Source of the DNA: Desulfocapsa sulfexigens DSM 10523
Lineage (GTDB): Bacteria; Desulfobacterota; Desulfobulbia; Desulfobulbales; Desulfocapsaceae
Assembly: GCF_000341395.1 (NCBI RefSeq)
Contig: NC_020304.1
Span: forward strand, 3,780,001 to 3,812,000
Reading direction: 5' to 3'
Length of the DNA stretch: 32,000 nt
The position numbers were made by a program, and so were the translations under genes. Of the stretch, positions 17,152 through 26,091 are shown one piece after another. The notes beneath the pieces were generated by a model that made no database searches, had not been told where the DNA came from, and saw only the letters and a program-made list of their open reading frames with translations. The stretch's first letter is position 1; the number at the start of each line of letters is the position of its first letter.

Positions 17152-18018
17152 TTATTCAACAATTCTTTTAAATTCTACTCTTTCATTGGCAATAATACCA
17201 CCTGCCTGAGCTCCGGTTTCCAAAGGTTGGGCGTCGCCATACCAGGCAATTTCCAAGCGTTTTGGGTCAATCAGGAAATTAGTCACAAGCTGATCCTTTA
17301 TCATCAGCGCCCGAGCCTTTGACCTTTCAAAGGCTTCCTCAGATGACGAAAACCCTTGATCTACATGAACAGAGATCTCAAACCGGACATGCTGAATTGC
17401 ATCGTTCTGCATTGCCTGTCCGACGGCTCCGAGCTGTCTGATACCGGTGGGTTGCAGCGTTCCAGATCCTTCTACAAACGCGATACGGTATTGTAAGGCA
17501 GGTCCGGTCAGCAACAGAGGCATATTACTGGAAATTTTCCCGCGATGGTCCATCACCTTTATAAATTCAGCCACTGACAACACCTCACCCCTTAGTGCCT
17601 TCCGCTTGATACTCAAACGAGAATAACGCCCTTCAAAACGTTCGTTTTCAGGCATATATTTCACAGCACTTTTATAGGCATCTATGGCTTCATCGAGTAA
17701 CCCCAGATAAATATAAACATCCCCCATACCTGCATACGCTTTAGCCATTGCAGGATCGGCGAGAATAGCCTTCTGATAGTATCCTAAGGCCTTTTCATAC
17801 TTTCTGAACCGCTCCAGACTTAATGCGTATTTATAATTAATATCAGGATCATTGGGACACTGAGCAATGGCATCACCAAGGATCTTTCGTTTTTTCTTTA
17901 CATCATGCTCTTGTTTCAGTGCCTTTTTTATTGCATTACAGTCAGCAGCATAACCGGAACCAGCTACTGTCAAGCAAAGAACAATCGCTAAAAAAACAGA
18001 CCAAACTTTTATTTTCAT
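17152..18018 (-). CDS. Secreted TPR-repeat protein with a C-terminal OmpA-like (peptidoglycan-associating) domain
   Basis: Signal peptide MKIKVWSVFLAIVLCLTVAGSGYA/AD and TPR units (YKYALSLERFRKYEKALGYYQKAILADPAMAKAYAGMGDVYIYLG...). The C-terminus follows the OmpA_C pattern with degenerate residues (ISVHVD...ERSKARALMIKDQL...NERVEFK). Confidence 0.75.
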   Translation of the reverse strand: MKIKVWSVFLAIVLCLTVAGSGYAADCNAIKKALKQEHDVKKKRKILGDAIAQCPNDPDINYKYALSLERFRKYEKALGYYQKAILADPAMAKAYAGMGDVYIYLGLLDEAIDAYKSAVKYMPENERFEGRYSRLSIKRKALRGEVLSVAEFIKVMDHRGKISSNMPLLLTGPALQYRIAFVEGSGTLQPTGIRQLGAVGQAMQNDAIQHVRFEISVHVDQGFSSSEEAFERSKARALMIKDQLVTNFLIDPKRLEIAWYGDAQPLETGAQAGGIIANERVEFKRIVE

Positions 18019-18175
18019 TTATTTACCAGAAATTCAAAAGAAGAGACGTCACCTGGATCAAAAAAAAAACAACCCCCAATGCCCAAATTACTTACTACCA
18101 CAGAAGCATATCATTTATCAACACCTAACACAAGTAAACGGTAAGTAAGGCAATACTCAGTCCAGCAGCTCCTTG

Positions 18176-18364
18176 AAAAATATACCTGATTACCACTAAT
18201 CCTCAGCCTACCCGTTTGAGGAGGAGTTGTTTCGTGTTCATTATATGGGCATCTGCGGCCTGGACGGCCGCAGCAGAGCCCCCAGGGATGGGTTTATGGT
18301 GTCCCATGTAATCGACACGGAACAACTCAGGGTTGCAAAGCTGAGTTTCGATAGTAATCAGGAA
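18176..18364 (-). ncRNA. ssrS: Candidate 6S RNA (ssrS-like), about 185 nt
   Basis: An extended imperfect hairpin. The closing stem pairs 18340-18362 with 18185-18207: 20 of 23 positions pair, and the 3 G.U pairs are valid only on the minus strand. An inner helix pairs 18315-18328 with 18224-18237 (13 of 14). A terminal 8-bp GC-rich hairpin sits at 18253-18273. Large unpaired internal regions lie between these helices. Upstream is TTGGAA-N16-TATATT (-10 at 18370-18365), and a U-run follows the 3' arm (18176-18180). No covariance-model search was possible. Confidence 0.55.
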
Positions 18365-18402
18365 AATATAAGTGGCTTCACACAACTTCCAAATGGGAGT
18401 AT

Positions 18403-19329
18403 TTAGAATCCTAGCTCCTTCAGGAAGCGTTCATCTTTAGACCAGTCTTTTCTAACCTTAACCCACAGCTTCAAAAGAACCTTTTGACCGAGCATTTTTT
18501 CAATATCTTTACGAGCTGCAGTTCCGATACTTTTGAGTTTTTTTCCACCTTTGCCTATAACTATACCTTTCTGGGAATTTCTTTCCAGAACAATGGTGGC
18601 ATGGATTGTGGTCATCTTCTTTGTTTCGTCATCCTGAAAGGACTCAATGGTTACAGCAGTTGAATAGGGGATTTCCTGCCCGGTGAGAATAAAAACCTTT
18701 TCTCTTACAATTTCAGCAGCAAGGAAACGTTCACTGGCGTCCGTTGGAACATCCTCTGGGAAATACCTGGGACCAAGGGGCAGAAGTTTCAGCAATTCCT
18801 CTACGACGACCTCCGTTCCCTCGCCAGTTAAAGCAGAAAGAGGCAAGACACCATGGAAAGGGAAAAGTTCAGAGTATCTTTTCATCATCGGAAGAAGTCG
18901 TTCTTTTTCCAACAAATCAACTTTATTCAATACCAGAATTACTGGGGCAGCAACACCTTCCATCTGCTCCATCATCTCTTTATTTTTTTCCTGCTCAACC
19001 TTTTCAGGAAGTGGCAAAGAGACATCAATCATATAAACAATAACATCAACCTCATTCAGACTTTCCATGGCAATTCGTACCATTTCCCGATTCAGAGGCT
19101 GTCGTGCCTTATGAAGGCCAGGAGTATCAAGTAAAACAATCTGATATTTATCATCGTTTACCACGCCAAGGATACGATTCCTCGTCGTCTGAGGCTTATG
19201 ACTGACGATAGATATCTTCTGGCCAAGCAGATAATTCATCAGGGTTGACTTGCCAGCATTGGGTGGGCCAACAATTGCAACCATTCCAGATCGAATGGGT
19301 TCACTCAAAAAATCATTAATATCTATCAA
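18403..19329 (-). CDS. era: GTPase Era
   Basis: G1 GPPNAGKST, G3 DTPG, G4 NKVD and a C-terminal KH domain (VLERNSQKGIVIGKGGKKLK). Apparent TTG start with GAGGA upstream; the ATG 15 codons downstream is an alternative. Confidence 0.9.
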   Translation of the reverse strand: MIDINDFLSEPIRSGMVAIVGPPNAGKSTLMNYLLGQKISIVSHKPQTTRNRILGVVNDDKYQIVLLDTPGLHKARQPLNREMVRIAMESLNEVDVIVYMIDVSLPLPEKVEQEKNKEMMEQMEGVAAPVILVLNKVDLLEKERLLPMMKRYSELFPFHGVLPLSALTGEGTEVVVEELLKLLPLGPRYFPEDVPTDASERFLAAEIVREKVFILTGQEIPYSTAVTIESFQDDETKKMTTIHATIVLERNSQKGIVIGKGGKKLKSIGTAARKDIEKMLGQKVLLKLWVKVRKDWSKDERFLKELGF

Positions 19330-19491
19330 TTTCCTATTCCTCGGCTATGGGGAAAATATTTATTTTTTAAAGTGCTCAAAACACAAAATCGCACTATAGT
19401 AACAAGGTTATGCTTTAATTAAAGTAACTATATTAATCTTAGCAAAAAACATCTTCTTTTTTTCACCACTTGAACGAAAAGGCGACAACGC

Positions 19492-21498
19492 GTGGCAACA
19501 ACAGGAAAACTCATAGAATATCTAGATGGAGGTAAGTTTTTCTGTGCCTATGTCATTGATGCTCAAGCTAAACGCCTAAGACTCATAAACCAGAATGGCA
19601 GAGAAATGAACCTACCTGCCTCCCGTATAGTTCACTGTTCAAAGAAAAATCACACAATTGAACTTCCCCGAGAAGAATTAACCAGACAGCTCCAGGAAAC
19701 AGCCACGCTCCGGACACAACTCATGGAGAAGATCAATCTTGAGGAAATATGGGAACTTATTTCTGAAGAGCCCTCGGATACATTTTCGCCGGATTTTCTT
19801 GCTGAACTGAGTTTTGGTCAGGACGCTGATGACGATATTGTTTCTGCCTTTCTACGCACAATATTTATTGACAGGTTATATTTTAAATATAAAGAAGGCA
19901 AGGTCGTTGCCCATAGTCCAGAGCAAACAGAGCAACTGCTAAGGCAGCGTGACAAAGAGGAAAAACTTCAAACTCTTATCAGCATGGGTGCAGATTTTCT
20001 CCAACAGGTTCATAACAGTTCCCGGAAAAATCTCGTTATCGATGAAAATGGCAAAGAATGTTTTGCAATCATCCGTGATTTCTATCTTTCGGGCGCTGAA
20101 TCCAAACATGCCGATATTGCCAGGAAAATCCTCAAAGCTGCCGGTTTCAACAGACCACACGACCCCTTTCATCTTCTGGTGAAAGCCGGAATCTGGGACG
20201 CCAACGAAAACATCCCTCTGCTTCGCAATGATCTACCGGTGGTATTTCCATTGCTTGGTATCCAGCAGGCTGAAATGCTGCTCCAGCAGGGAGTCGACAA
20301 ACTTTTCCAGGATCCGGCACGAAAGGATTTCACCGACCTGAAACCCATCACCATAGATGGTTCCACCACACTGGATTTTGACGATGCCCTCACTGTTGAG
20401 GCACAGGATAATGGCAACGTCCTGGTTGGGGTGCACATCTCGGATGTTGCCCATTATGTACGCCCCGAAGATCCTCTCTTCCTGGAAGCAATGCAGCGCG
20501 GAACATCCATTTATTTCCCGGAGGGTCAGATTCCCATGCTTCCCCGCCATCTTTCCCAGGGAATTTGTAGTTTGATTCAAGGAGAGTTTCGGGCAGCAAT
20601 GAGTTTTATGATCCTTCTCTCCGATGAAGCTGAAGTCCTCAGGATTCGGATCTACCCATCTATTATAAAAGTGGCAAGGCGCCTTACCTACGACGAAGCT
20701 GACACCATGATCAAAACCGATCCTGAGCTTGCCATACTCAACGACCTTCGCATTAAGTTGCGAAACAGGCGCCTCGATGCAGGGGCCCTGCTTCTCCCCT
20801 TTCCCGATGTGAATATTCATGTCCATGATGGCTCAAAAGTTCAGGTCAGCCTTGCCGACACTGACACTCCATCACGAACACTGGTATCTGAGATGATGAT
20901 TCTTGCCAACACCCAGGCGGCCAGATATGTCGCCGACAGGATGGCGCCCGGATTATTCAGAGCTCAGAAACCACCACGAAGACGGGTTGTTTCAGGATTG
21001 GACAACGACCTTTTTCTCAATTCAATGCAACGAAAGATGTTGTCACGTGGCGAACTGCTGATCAATGCTCAGCCCCATAGCGGCCTGGGAGTCACTCAGT
21101 ACACGACGATCACCTCCCCGATACGCAGACTTCTTGATCTGGTAATGCAGCACCAGCTCCACTCTTTGATACGACGTCAAGACATCCGCTTTACCGAGGA
21201 AATGTGCAAGGACTTCACCTCAGTCATTGGCCGAACGCTCGCCCGTGCCAATAGTGTACGGCAACAACGTCACCGCTACTGGTTACTGAAATACCTTGAG
21301 ACAAAAAGAGAGCATCCCCTTACAGCCCTGACCCTTGAATCCGGGCCCAAACGAACATCCCTTCTACTCACGGATATTCTTCTGAACTTTGACATGCCAA
21401 CTCCTGCCATCAATCGGCCCGAGCCTGGTCAACGGGTGCAGGTGAAAGTGCTTCGGGTTGACGCACTGGACAATACCCTCAACTTTGAATGGTGTTAG
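19492..21498 (+). CDS. RNase II/R-family 3'-5' exoribonuclease (RNB domain plus C-terminal S1-like domain)
   Basis: RNB motifs DFDDALTVE and ITSPIRRLLDLVMQHQL, with a C-terminal OB/S1-like GQRVQVKVLRVDALDNTLNFEW. GTG start. 668 aa. Confidence 0.85.
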   Translation: MATTGKLIEYLDGGKFFCAYVIDAQAKRLRLINQNGREMNLPASRIVHCSKKNHTIELPREELTRQLQETATLRTQLMEKINLEEIWELISEEPSDTFSPDFLAELSFGQDADDDIVSAFLRTIFIDRLYFKYKEGKVVAHSPEQTEQLLRQRDKEEKLQTLISMGADFLQQVHNSSRKNLVIDENGKECFAIIRDFYLSGAESKHADIARKILKAAGFNRPHDPFHLLVKAGIWDANENIPLLRNDLPVVFPLLGIQQAEMLLQQGVDKLFQDPARKDFTDLKPITIDGSTTLDFDDALTVEAQDNGNVLVGVHISDVAHYVRPEDPLFLEAMQRGTSIYFPEGQIPMLPRHLSQGICSLIQGEFRAAMSFMILLSDEAEVLRIRIYPSIIKVARRLTYDEADTMIKTDPELAILNDLRIKLRNRRLDAGALLLPFPDVNIHVHDGSKVQVSLADTDTPSRTLVSEMMILANTQAARYVADRMAPGLFRAQKPPRRRVVSGLDNDLFLNSMQRKMLSRGELLINAQPHSGLGVTQYTTITSPIRRLLDLVMQHQLHSLIRRQDIRFTEEMCKDFTSVIGRTLARANSVRQQRHRYWLLKYLETKREHPLTALTLESGPKRTSLLLTDILLNFDMPTPAINRPEPGQRVQVKVLRVDALDNTLNFEWC

Positions 21499-21510
21499 AA
21501 TCAAAACCAC

Positions 21511-21708
21511 ATGATAGACACGAATAAGCTCTGGGAAATCCTTGGTGACATCGGAGAAGATGACATCCCCCATGTATTGACAAAACTGTTCACTATTTAC
21601 GAGGAAATACTGGAACGCAACCCGGAAGATGCGGCTGCAAAGACATTTTTCAAACATCTTTCCCAGGCATTCACCCAGGTAGATGGCTGTAATTTAAACC
21701 GTCGCTAA
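21511..21708 (+). CDS. Hypothetical small acidic protein (65 aa)
   Basis: ATG ORF 12 nt after the exoribonuclease stop, with protein-like helical composition (LWEILGDIGEDDIPHVLTKLFTIYEEILERNPEDAAAKTFF). I saw no clear SD and recognise no family. Confidence 0.45.
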   Translation: MIDTNKLWEILGDIGEDDIPHVLTKLFTIYEEILERNPEDAAAKTFFKHLSQAFTQVDGCNLNRR

Positions 21709-21713
21709 AGAAA

Positions 21714-22259
21714 TCAAATATAACATTCCGCCGTACTGAGACTCCCTCCATTTTTATCCTTTTCAGAAAGAAGAGGATCTCCATCCAGAGGCCAGTCAAT
21801 CCCGATATCCGGATCATTCCAGGCAATACAGCGCTCATGTTCCGGAGCATAAAAATCAGTGGTCCGATACAGAAACTCAGCAACCTCGGAAAGTACAAGG
21901 AAACCGTGCCCAAAGCCTTCCGGAACCCATAGACTCTTCTTATTTTCGGCACTTAAATGTTCCCCTACCCATTGGCCAAATGTTGGAGAACTCTGCCGCA
22001 AATCAACTGCCACATCAAAAACCTCCCCGATAACAACTCGAACCAGTTTCCCCTGTGGCTGCTGTATCTGGTAATGAATACCGCGAAGCACATTTTTAGA
22101 AGATCGGGAATGATTGTCCTGGACAAACCGTGTCTGTATTCCGGTCAGTTCCTGCCATTTCCGTTCATTATAACTCTCGTAAAAAAAACCTCTGTCATCC
22201 CCAAAAACAGTCGGTTCCACCAGAAGTACATCGGGGATTGCAGTTGCAGTAATCTTCAT
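21714..22259 (-). CDS. rfbC: dTDP-4-dehydrorhamnose 3,5-epimerase
   Basis: Cupin-type RmlC pattern (FGDDRGFFYESY...RGIHYQ...KLVRVV.GEVFDVAVDLR...GFGHGF). 181 aa. Lies 3 nt downstream of rfbB. Confidence 0.9.
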   Translation of the reverse strand: MKITATAIPDVLLVEPTVFGDDRGFFYESYNERKWQELTGIQTRFVQDNHSRSSKNVLRGIHYQIQQPQGKLVRVVIGEVFDVAVDLRQSSPTFGQWVGEHLSAENKKSLWVPEGFGHGFLVLSEVAEFLYRTTDFYAPEHERCIAWNDPDIGIDWPLDGDPLLSEKDKNGGSLSTAECYI

Positions 22260-22262
22260 AAA

Positions 22263-23333
22263 TTAACCATACATCTTTTCATAATATTTCTGATAGGAAC
22301 CATCAATCACGGAACTCACCCATTCCTGATTGTCAAGATACCAGTCCACGGTCTTCTCAACCCCCTCTTCAAAAGTAACCCTGGGTTCCCAACCTAACTG
22401 CTCCTTGATAAAAGAAGCATCGATGGCATAACGCCTGTCATGACCAGGCCTGTCCTTCACGAATGTAATCAGATTGCGACGCGGTTGCCCGGATTCCGGA
22501 AGTCCAATTTTCTTATCAAGAGTATCACAGATAAGTGTTACCACTTCAAGGTTCTGTTTTTCATTATTGCCACCTATATTATAGGATTGACCGTTCTTTC
22601 CCTTAACCAACACTTCCACTATTGCCTCACAATGGTCTTTCACATAGAGCCAGTCACGGACGTACTTCCCATCACCATATATGGGCAATGTTTTTCCAGT
22701 CATTGAATTGTGGAATACGAGGGGAATCAATTTTTCAGGGAATTGATAGGGGCCGTAGTTATTTGAACAGTTCGTTATCACTACCGGGAGGCCATAGGTG
22801 TGAAAATAGGCATTAACCAGATGATCCGATGAGGCCTTAGATGCTGAATAGGGAGAGCGCGGATCAAAGGGTGTGGCTTCGGTAAACATACCACTATCGC
22901 CAAGAGAACCATACACCTCATCGGTACTCACATGAAGAAAGCGAGGAGCATTAGCCTCCCACTTGCCTTCAAGCCATGTTTTTCGTGCGGCTTCAAGAAG
23001 AGAAAAAGTACCGACAATATTGGTCTGAATAAAGTCAGCAGGGCCTGTAATTGATCTATCCACATGGGATTCCGCTGCAAAATGCACCACACTATCAATC
23101 TGCTCTTCTGCAAACAACTCTTCCATGGCTTGCACATCACAGATATCAGCTTTAACAAATCGATACTGGTCACCTTCCTCTATACCTTTCAGGTTTTCAA
23201 GATTTCCTGCATAGGTAAGCTTATCCAGATTAACAACACGCCATTCTGGATAATACTCTAAAATGAGACGAACAAAATTTGCTCCGATAAATCCGCAACC
23301 ACCAGTAACCAGAATTCTTCGACTTGTTTCCAT
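22263..23333 (-). CDS. rfbB: dTDP-glucose 4,6-dehydratase
   Basis: Rossmann motif GGCGFIGANF, SDR catalytic motif YSASKASSDH, and HVSTDEVYG. 356 aa. Confidence 0.95.
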   Translation of the reverse strand: METSRRILVTGGCGFIGANFVRLILEYYPEWRVVNLDKLTYAGNLENLKGIEEGDQYRFVKADICDVQAMEELFAEEQIDSVVHFAAESHVDRSITGPADFIQTNIVGTFSLLEAARKTWLEGKWEANAPRFLHVSTDEVYGSLGDSGMFTEATPFDPRSPYSASKASSDHLVNAYFHTYGLPVVITNCSNNYGPYQFPEKLIPLVFHNSMTGKTLPIYGDGKYVRDWLYVKDHCEAIVEVLVKGKNGQSYNIGGNNEKQNLEVVTLICDTLDKKIGLPESGQPRRNLITFVKDRPGHDRRYAIDASFIKEQLGWEPRVTFEEGVEKTVDWYLDNQEWVSSVIDGSYQKYYEKMYG

Positions 23334-23483
23334 ACTTCACTCGTTTTTAGTTTTCTTTCCTGACAAAAACGCCTATGCTTCTCCCTTTGTACCGGAAGAC
23401 GGATAGACTAATAAGCAAACACCTTCAGTATTCCGCCAGTTTTTTATACTACAAAACCATATAATTCCAACCAGATTCTTCCA

Positions 23484-25073
23484 ATGAGCAAACAGCAGGA
23501 ACAGGAAATAGCAAAAAGGCGCACCTTTGGCATTATCAGCCATCCGGATGCGGGAAAAACTACCCTCACAGAAAAACTCCTTCTCTATGGTGGTGCCATC
23601 AACATGGCGGGCGCTGTGAAATCCAGAAAAGCTGACCGTCATGCCACCAGCGACTGGATGGCCATTGAACAGGAACGAGGCATCTCCGTTACCACATCGG
23701 TGATGAAATTCACCTATGGCAACTACGAAGTAAATCTCCTTGACACCCCGGGCCACCAGGATTTCTCGGAAGATACCTATCGGGTTCTCACCGCAGTTGA
23801 TTCTGCAATCATGGTAATTGATTCAGCCAAGGGCGTTGAAGCCCAGACGGAAAAGTTAATGGAGGTTTGCCGAATGCGCAACACACCCCTTATCACTTTT
23901 ATCAACAAACTCGACAGAGAAGGAATGGAGCCTCTCGATATTCTGGCAGACATCGAAAATAAACTTCAGATTGAGTGTACGCCTATGTCCTGGCCCATTG
24001 GTATGGGCAAGACATTCAAAGGAGTATATAATATATACAAAAAACAGATCCATCTTTTTACTGCCGGCCAGGGAAACAGAGACCAGAATGGTATCACCAT
24101 AGAATCACTGGATGATCCACGGCTTGACGAAATAATCGGCAGCCACGATGCTCAAAATCTCCGTGATGATATTGAACTTCTTGAAGGTGCTGCTAATCCG
24201 TTTGAATACGACCATTATCTGAGTGCCAGCCAGACCCCTGTTTTTTTTGGCTCTGCGGTTAACAACTTCGGCGTTCAGGAACTCCTCAATGCCTTTGTTG
24301 AGATGGCACCGCCCCCCAATGTACGGGCGGCTGCAAGCAGAGATGTATCACCCTTTGAAGAGGATTTTTCCGGCTTTGTTTTTAAGATCCAGGCAAATAT
24401 GGATCCTGCCCACCGTGACCGTATCGCATTTTTCAGAATCTGCTCCGGGAAATTTGTCCGGGGAATGAAGGTCAAGCATCATCGACTTGGCAAAGACATC
24501 ACCCTTTCCAACGCGACTATATTTATGGCACAGGACAGGGCCAATGTGGAAGAGGCGTGGCCTGGAGATATCATCGGACTCCACAATCACGGAACAATCA
24601 AGATCGGCGACACATTTACCCAGAAAGAACTCCTGAAATTTACCGGTATCCCGAACTTTGCTCCGGAGCATTTCCGCCGCATTATTCTCAAGAACCCGCT
24701 GAAGATGAAACAGCTTCAGAAGGGACTGCAACAGCTTGCCGAAGAGGGTGCCATCCAGGTTTTCCGCCCCCAGATAGGTGCCTCATATATCATGGGTGCA
24801 GTGGGTGTTCTTCAGTTTGAGGTTACTGTTGCCAGGCTGAAGAATGAGTATGGCGTGGAGGCGCTCTACGAACCCATTGACTTCCAGGCTGCCCGCTGGG
24901 TTGAATGTGCAGACAAGAAAAAACTGGCTGAATTTGAACAGAAGAACCAGGGAGCCCTAGCCACAGATGCGGAAGGATTCCTCACCTATCTGGCACAAAA
25001 CGAATGGATGCTCAACTTCTTTATGGAAAAATGGCCCGAAGTGAAATTCCATAAGACCAGGGAAAATGTGTAA
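23484..25073 (+). CDS. prfC: Peptide chain release factor 3
   Basis: [30 protein letters not shown] and NKLDR. The 529-aa length and overall pattern are typical of RF3. Confidence 0.95.
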   Translation: MSKQQEQEIAKRRTFGIISHPDAGKTTLTEKLLLYGGAINMAGAVKSRKADRHATSDWMAIEQERGISVTTSVMKFTYGNYEVNLLDTPGHQDFSEDTYRVLTAVDSAIMVIDSAKGVEAQTEKLMEVCRMRNTPLITFINKLDREGMEPLDILADIENKLQIECTPMSWPIGMGKTFKGVYNIYKKQIHLFTAGQGNRDQNGITIESLDDPRLDEIIGSHDAQNLRDDIELLEGAANPFEYDHYLSASQTPVFFGSAVNNFGVQELLNAFVEMAPPPNVRAAASRDVSPFEEDFSGFVFKIQANMDPAHRDRIAFFRICSGKFVRGMKVKHHRLGKDITLSNATIFMAQDRANVEEAWPGDIIGLHNHGTIKIGDTFTQKELLKFTGIPNFAPEHFRRIILKNPLKMKQLQKGLQQLAEEGAIQVFRPQIGASYIMGAVGVLQFEVTVARLKNEYGVEALYEPIDFQAARWVECADKKKLAEFEQKNQGALATDAEGFLTYLAQNEWMLNFFMEKWPEVKFHKTRENV

Positions 25074-25100
25074 CATCGCGCTACGCAGGTAACGGCTCCA

Positions 25101-25147
25101 GGTTTGCGGTCAAAAGGCCAGAAAATCGATCCTTTTTTCCGCAAACC
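25101..25147. terminator. Stable interrupted hairpin between the convergent prfC and DUF134 genes (possible bidirectional terminator)
   Basis: GGTTTGCGG (25101-25109) pairs with CCGCAAACC (25139-25147). An inner stem pairs AAAAGG (25112-25117) with CCTTTT (25131-25136). No clean U-tract follows on either strand, so this is not a canonical intrinsic terminator. Confidence 0.3.
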
Positions 25148-25164
25148 CCATAATACCAATCGTG

Positions 25165-25458
25165 TTATTGGCCCTCGTCCTCATCAACGAAAATCAACGC
25201 CCTGCCCTCGGAAATTGCTTCAGCCGTCTTTCTCCTCGCGATGGTGATGATACGCTGGATAGTCCCACGAGACACACCCATCTTTATACCGGCTTCTTCC
25301 TGAGTCAGCCCCTCCCGATCACACAGTCGCAAAGCTTCCATTTCATCCCGGAAAAGTTCAATCTTATCGAGCTTTGACAACGGTGTTCCCGTGGGCTTAA
25401 AAGCACGGCCGCAAAAATTTCCTTCGCATTTTCTCAGTTTCTTTGGTCTTGGTGACAT
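25165..25458 (-). CDS. DUF134 (UPF0251) family predicted DNA-binding protein
   Basis: MSPRPKKLRKCEG...FKP.G.P...L....L..DE.EALRL.D.EGL.QEEA...MGVSR.T.QR is the characteristic DUF134 pattern, with a sigma-70 region-4-like HTH. 97 aa. Confidence 0.85.
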   Translation of the reverse strand: MSPRPKKLRKCEGNFCGRAFKPTGTPLSKLDKIELFRDEMEALRLCDREGLTQEEAGIKMGVSRGTIQRIITIARRKTAEAISEGRALIFVDEDEGQ

Positions 25459-25497
25459 ATCGTCTCTGTGGTGAGGCGGGAAAAAACCCTAAATAAA

Positions 25498-25539
25498 ATG
25501 AAAAAAAAGGAAACAGCAGAAGCTATTTCTGCTGTTTCC
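25498..25539 (-). terminator. Rho-independent terminator after the NifX-like gene
   Basis: The minus strand reads GGAAACAGCAGAA-ATAGC-TTCTGCTGTTTCC. This is a perfect 13-bp stem with a 5-nt loop (25509-25539), followed immediately by T8 (25508-25501). Confidence 0.75.
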
Positions 25540-25589
25540 TTGCAAGAGTATATGTTCCTTATACTCCATCATCCATGAAAAACAAGCCC

Positions 25590-25979
25590 TTAGTGATGAC
25601 AGGCACTTCCGCCGCCACAGGCCTGATCAGCGTTCATCTTGGGAAGTTGTCCTGCGGAGAATTTCTCCATAACGGCAGCCGCATCTGGAATGGAATTACG
25701 ATCTGCCCAGTATACATCAATCCCGACTTCAGCAAATCCCTGCATGGGCCTGGCGCCAATTCCACCCACAACGATCGCCTGCACACCTGCATCTCTCAGG
25801 AAATTAACAGGAACCATACAGCCACCCGCGCCATGATCCGGCACGGGTAGCATTTCCACTGAAGTAATTTTTTTATTATCATCCACTTCCACCAGGGTAA
25901 AGACATCACAATGTCCAAAATGGTCGGAACGGGAGGCTTCCATACCTCCTGGATTATTCGTTGGTATTGCTATACGCAT
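25590..25979 (-). CDS. NifB/NifX-family (dinitrogenase Fe-Mo cofactor-binding-like domain) protein with a Cys/His-rich tail
   Basis: MRIAIPTNNPGG...SDHFGHCDVFTLVEVD...VVGGIGARPMQGF fits the PF02579-type pattern, with a C-terminal ACGGGSACHH. The start is set at the ATG at 25979, which has a GGAG SD 8 nt upstream; the track start at 26039 looks spurious. Confidence 0.85.
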   Translation of the reverse strand: MRIAIPTNNPGGMEASRSDHFGHCDVFTLVEVDDNKKITSVEMLPVPDHGAGGCMVPVNFLRDAGVQAIVVGGIGARPMQGFAEVGIDVYWADRNSIPDAAAVMEKFSAGQLPKMNADQACGGGSACHH

Positions 25980-26091
25980 AATGCGTTCTCCTTCAATCAC
26001 CGGTATTTCCGGCTCAAATATTAATAAGAGTCTATACAAAACACCAATCGCTACTAAGGCGATTTTACCTACTACTCAACACCTGCTCAGT

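Noticed and set aside
17005-17322. A 105-aa plus-strand ORF
   Set aside because: It overlaps the 3' end of the well-supported TPR/OmpA-like gene in antisense and extends from AT-rich spacer DNA. It has no SD.
18060-18069. An A10 (T10 on the minus strand) homopolymer upstream of the TPR/OmpA-like gene, as a possible phase-variation tract
   Set aside because: It is a single short tract in an AT-rich promoter region. There is no evidence of length polymorphism, and it is not positioned between recognisable -35 and -10 elements.
18203-18385. A 60-aa minus-strand ORF in the era / TPR-OmpA spacer
   Set aside because: It lies entirely within the 6S-like hairpin. It has no SD and its composition is odd. 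The paired-arm structure explains the open frame better than coding does.
23373-23756. A 127-aa minus-strand ORF spanning the rfbB/prfC spacer and the prfC 5' end
   Set aside because: It is antisense to the highly conserved G-domain of prfC and shows no family resemblance.
26046-26064. A small hairpin AATCGC-N7-GCGATT between the permease and the NifX-like gene, as a possible terminator
   Set aside because: The stem is only 6 bp with a weak, interrupted T-run. It is more likely an incidental or processing structure within an operon.
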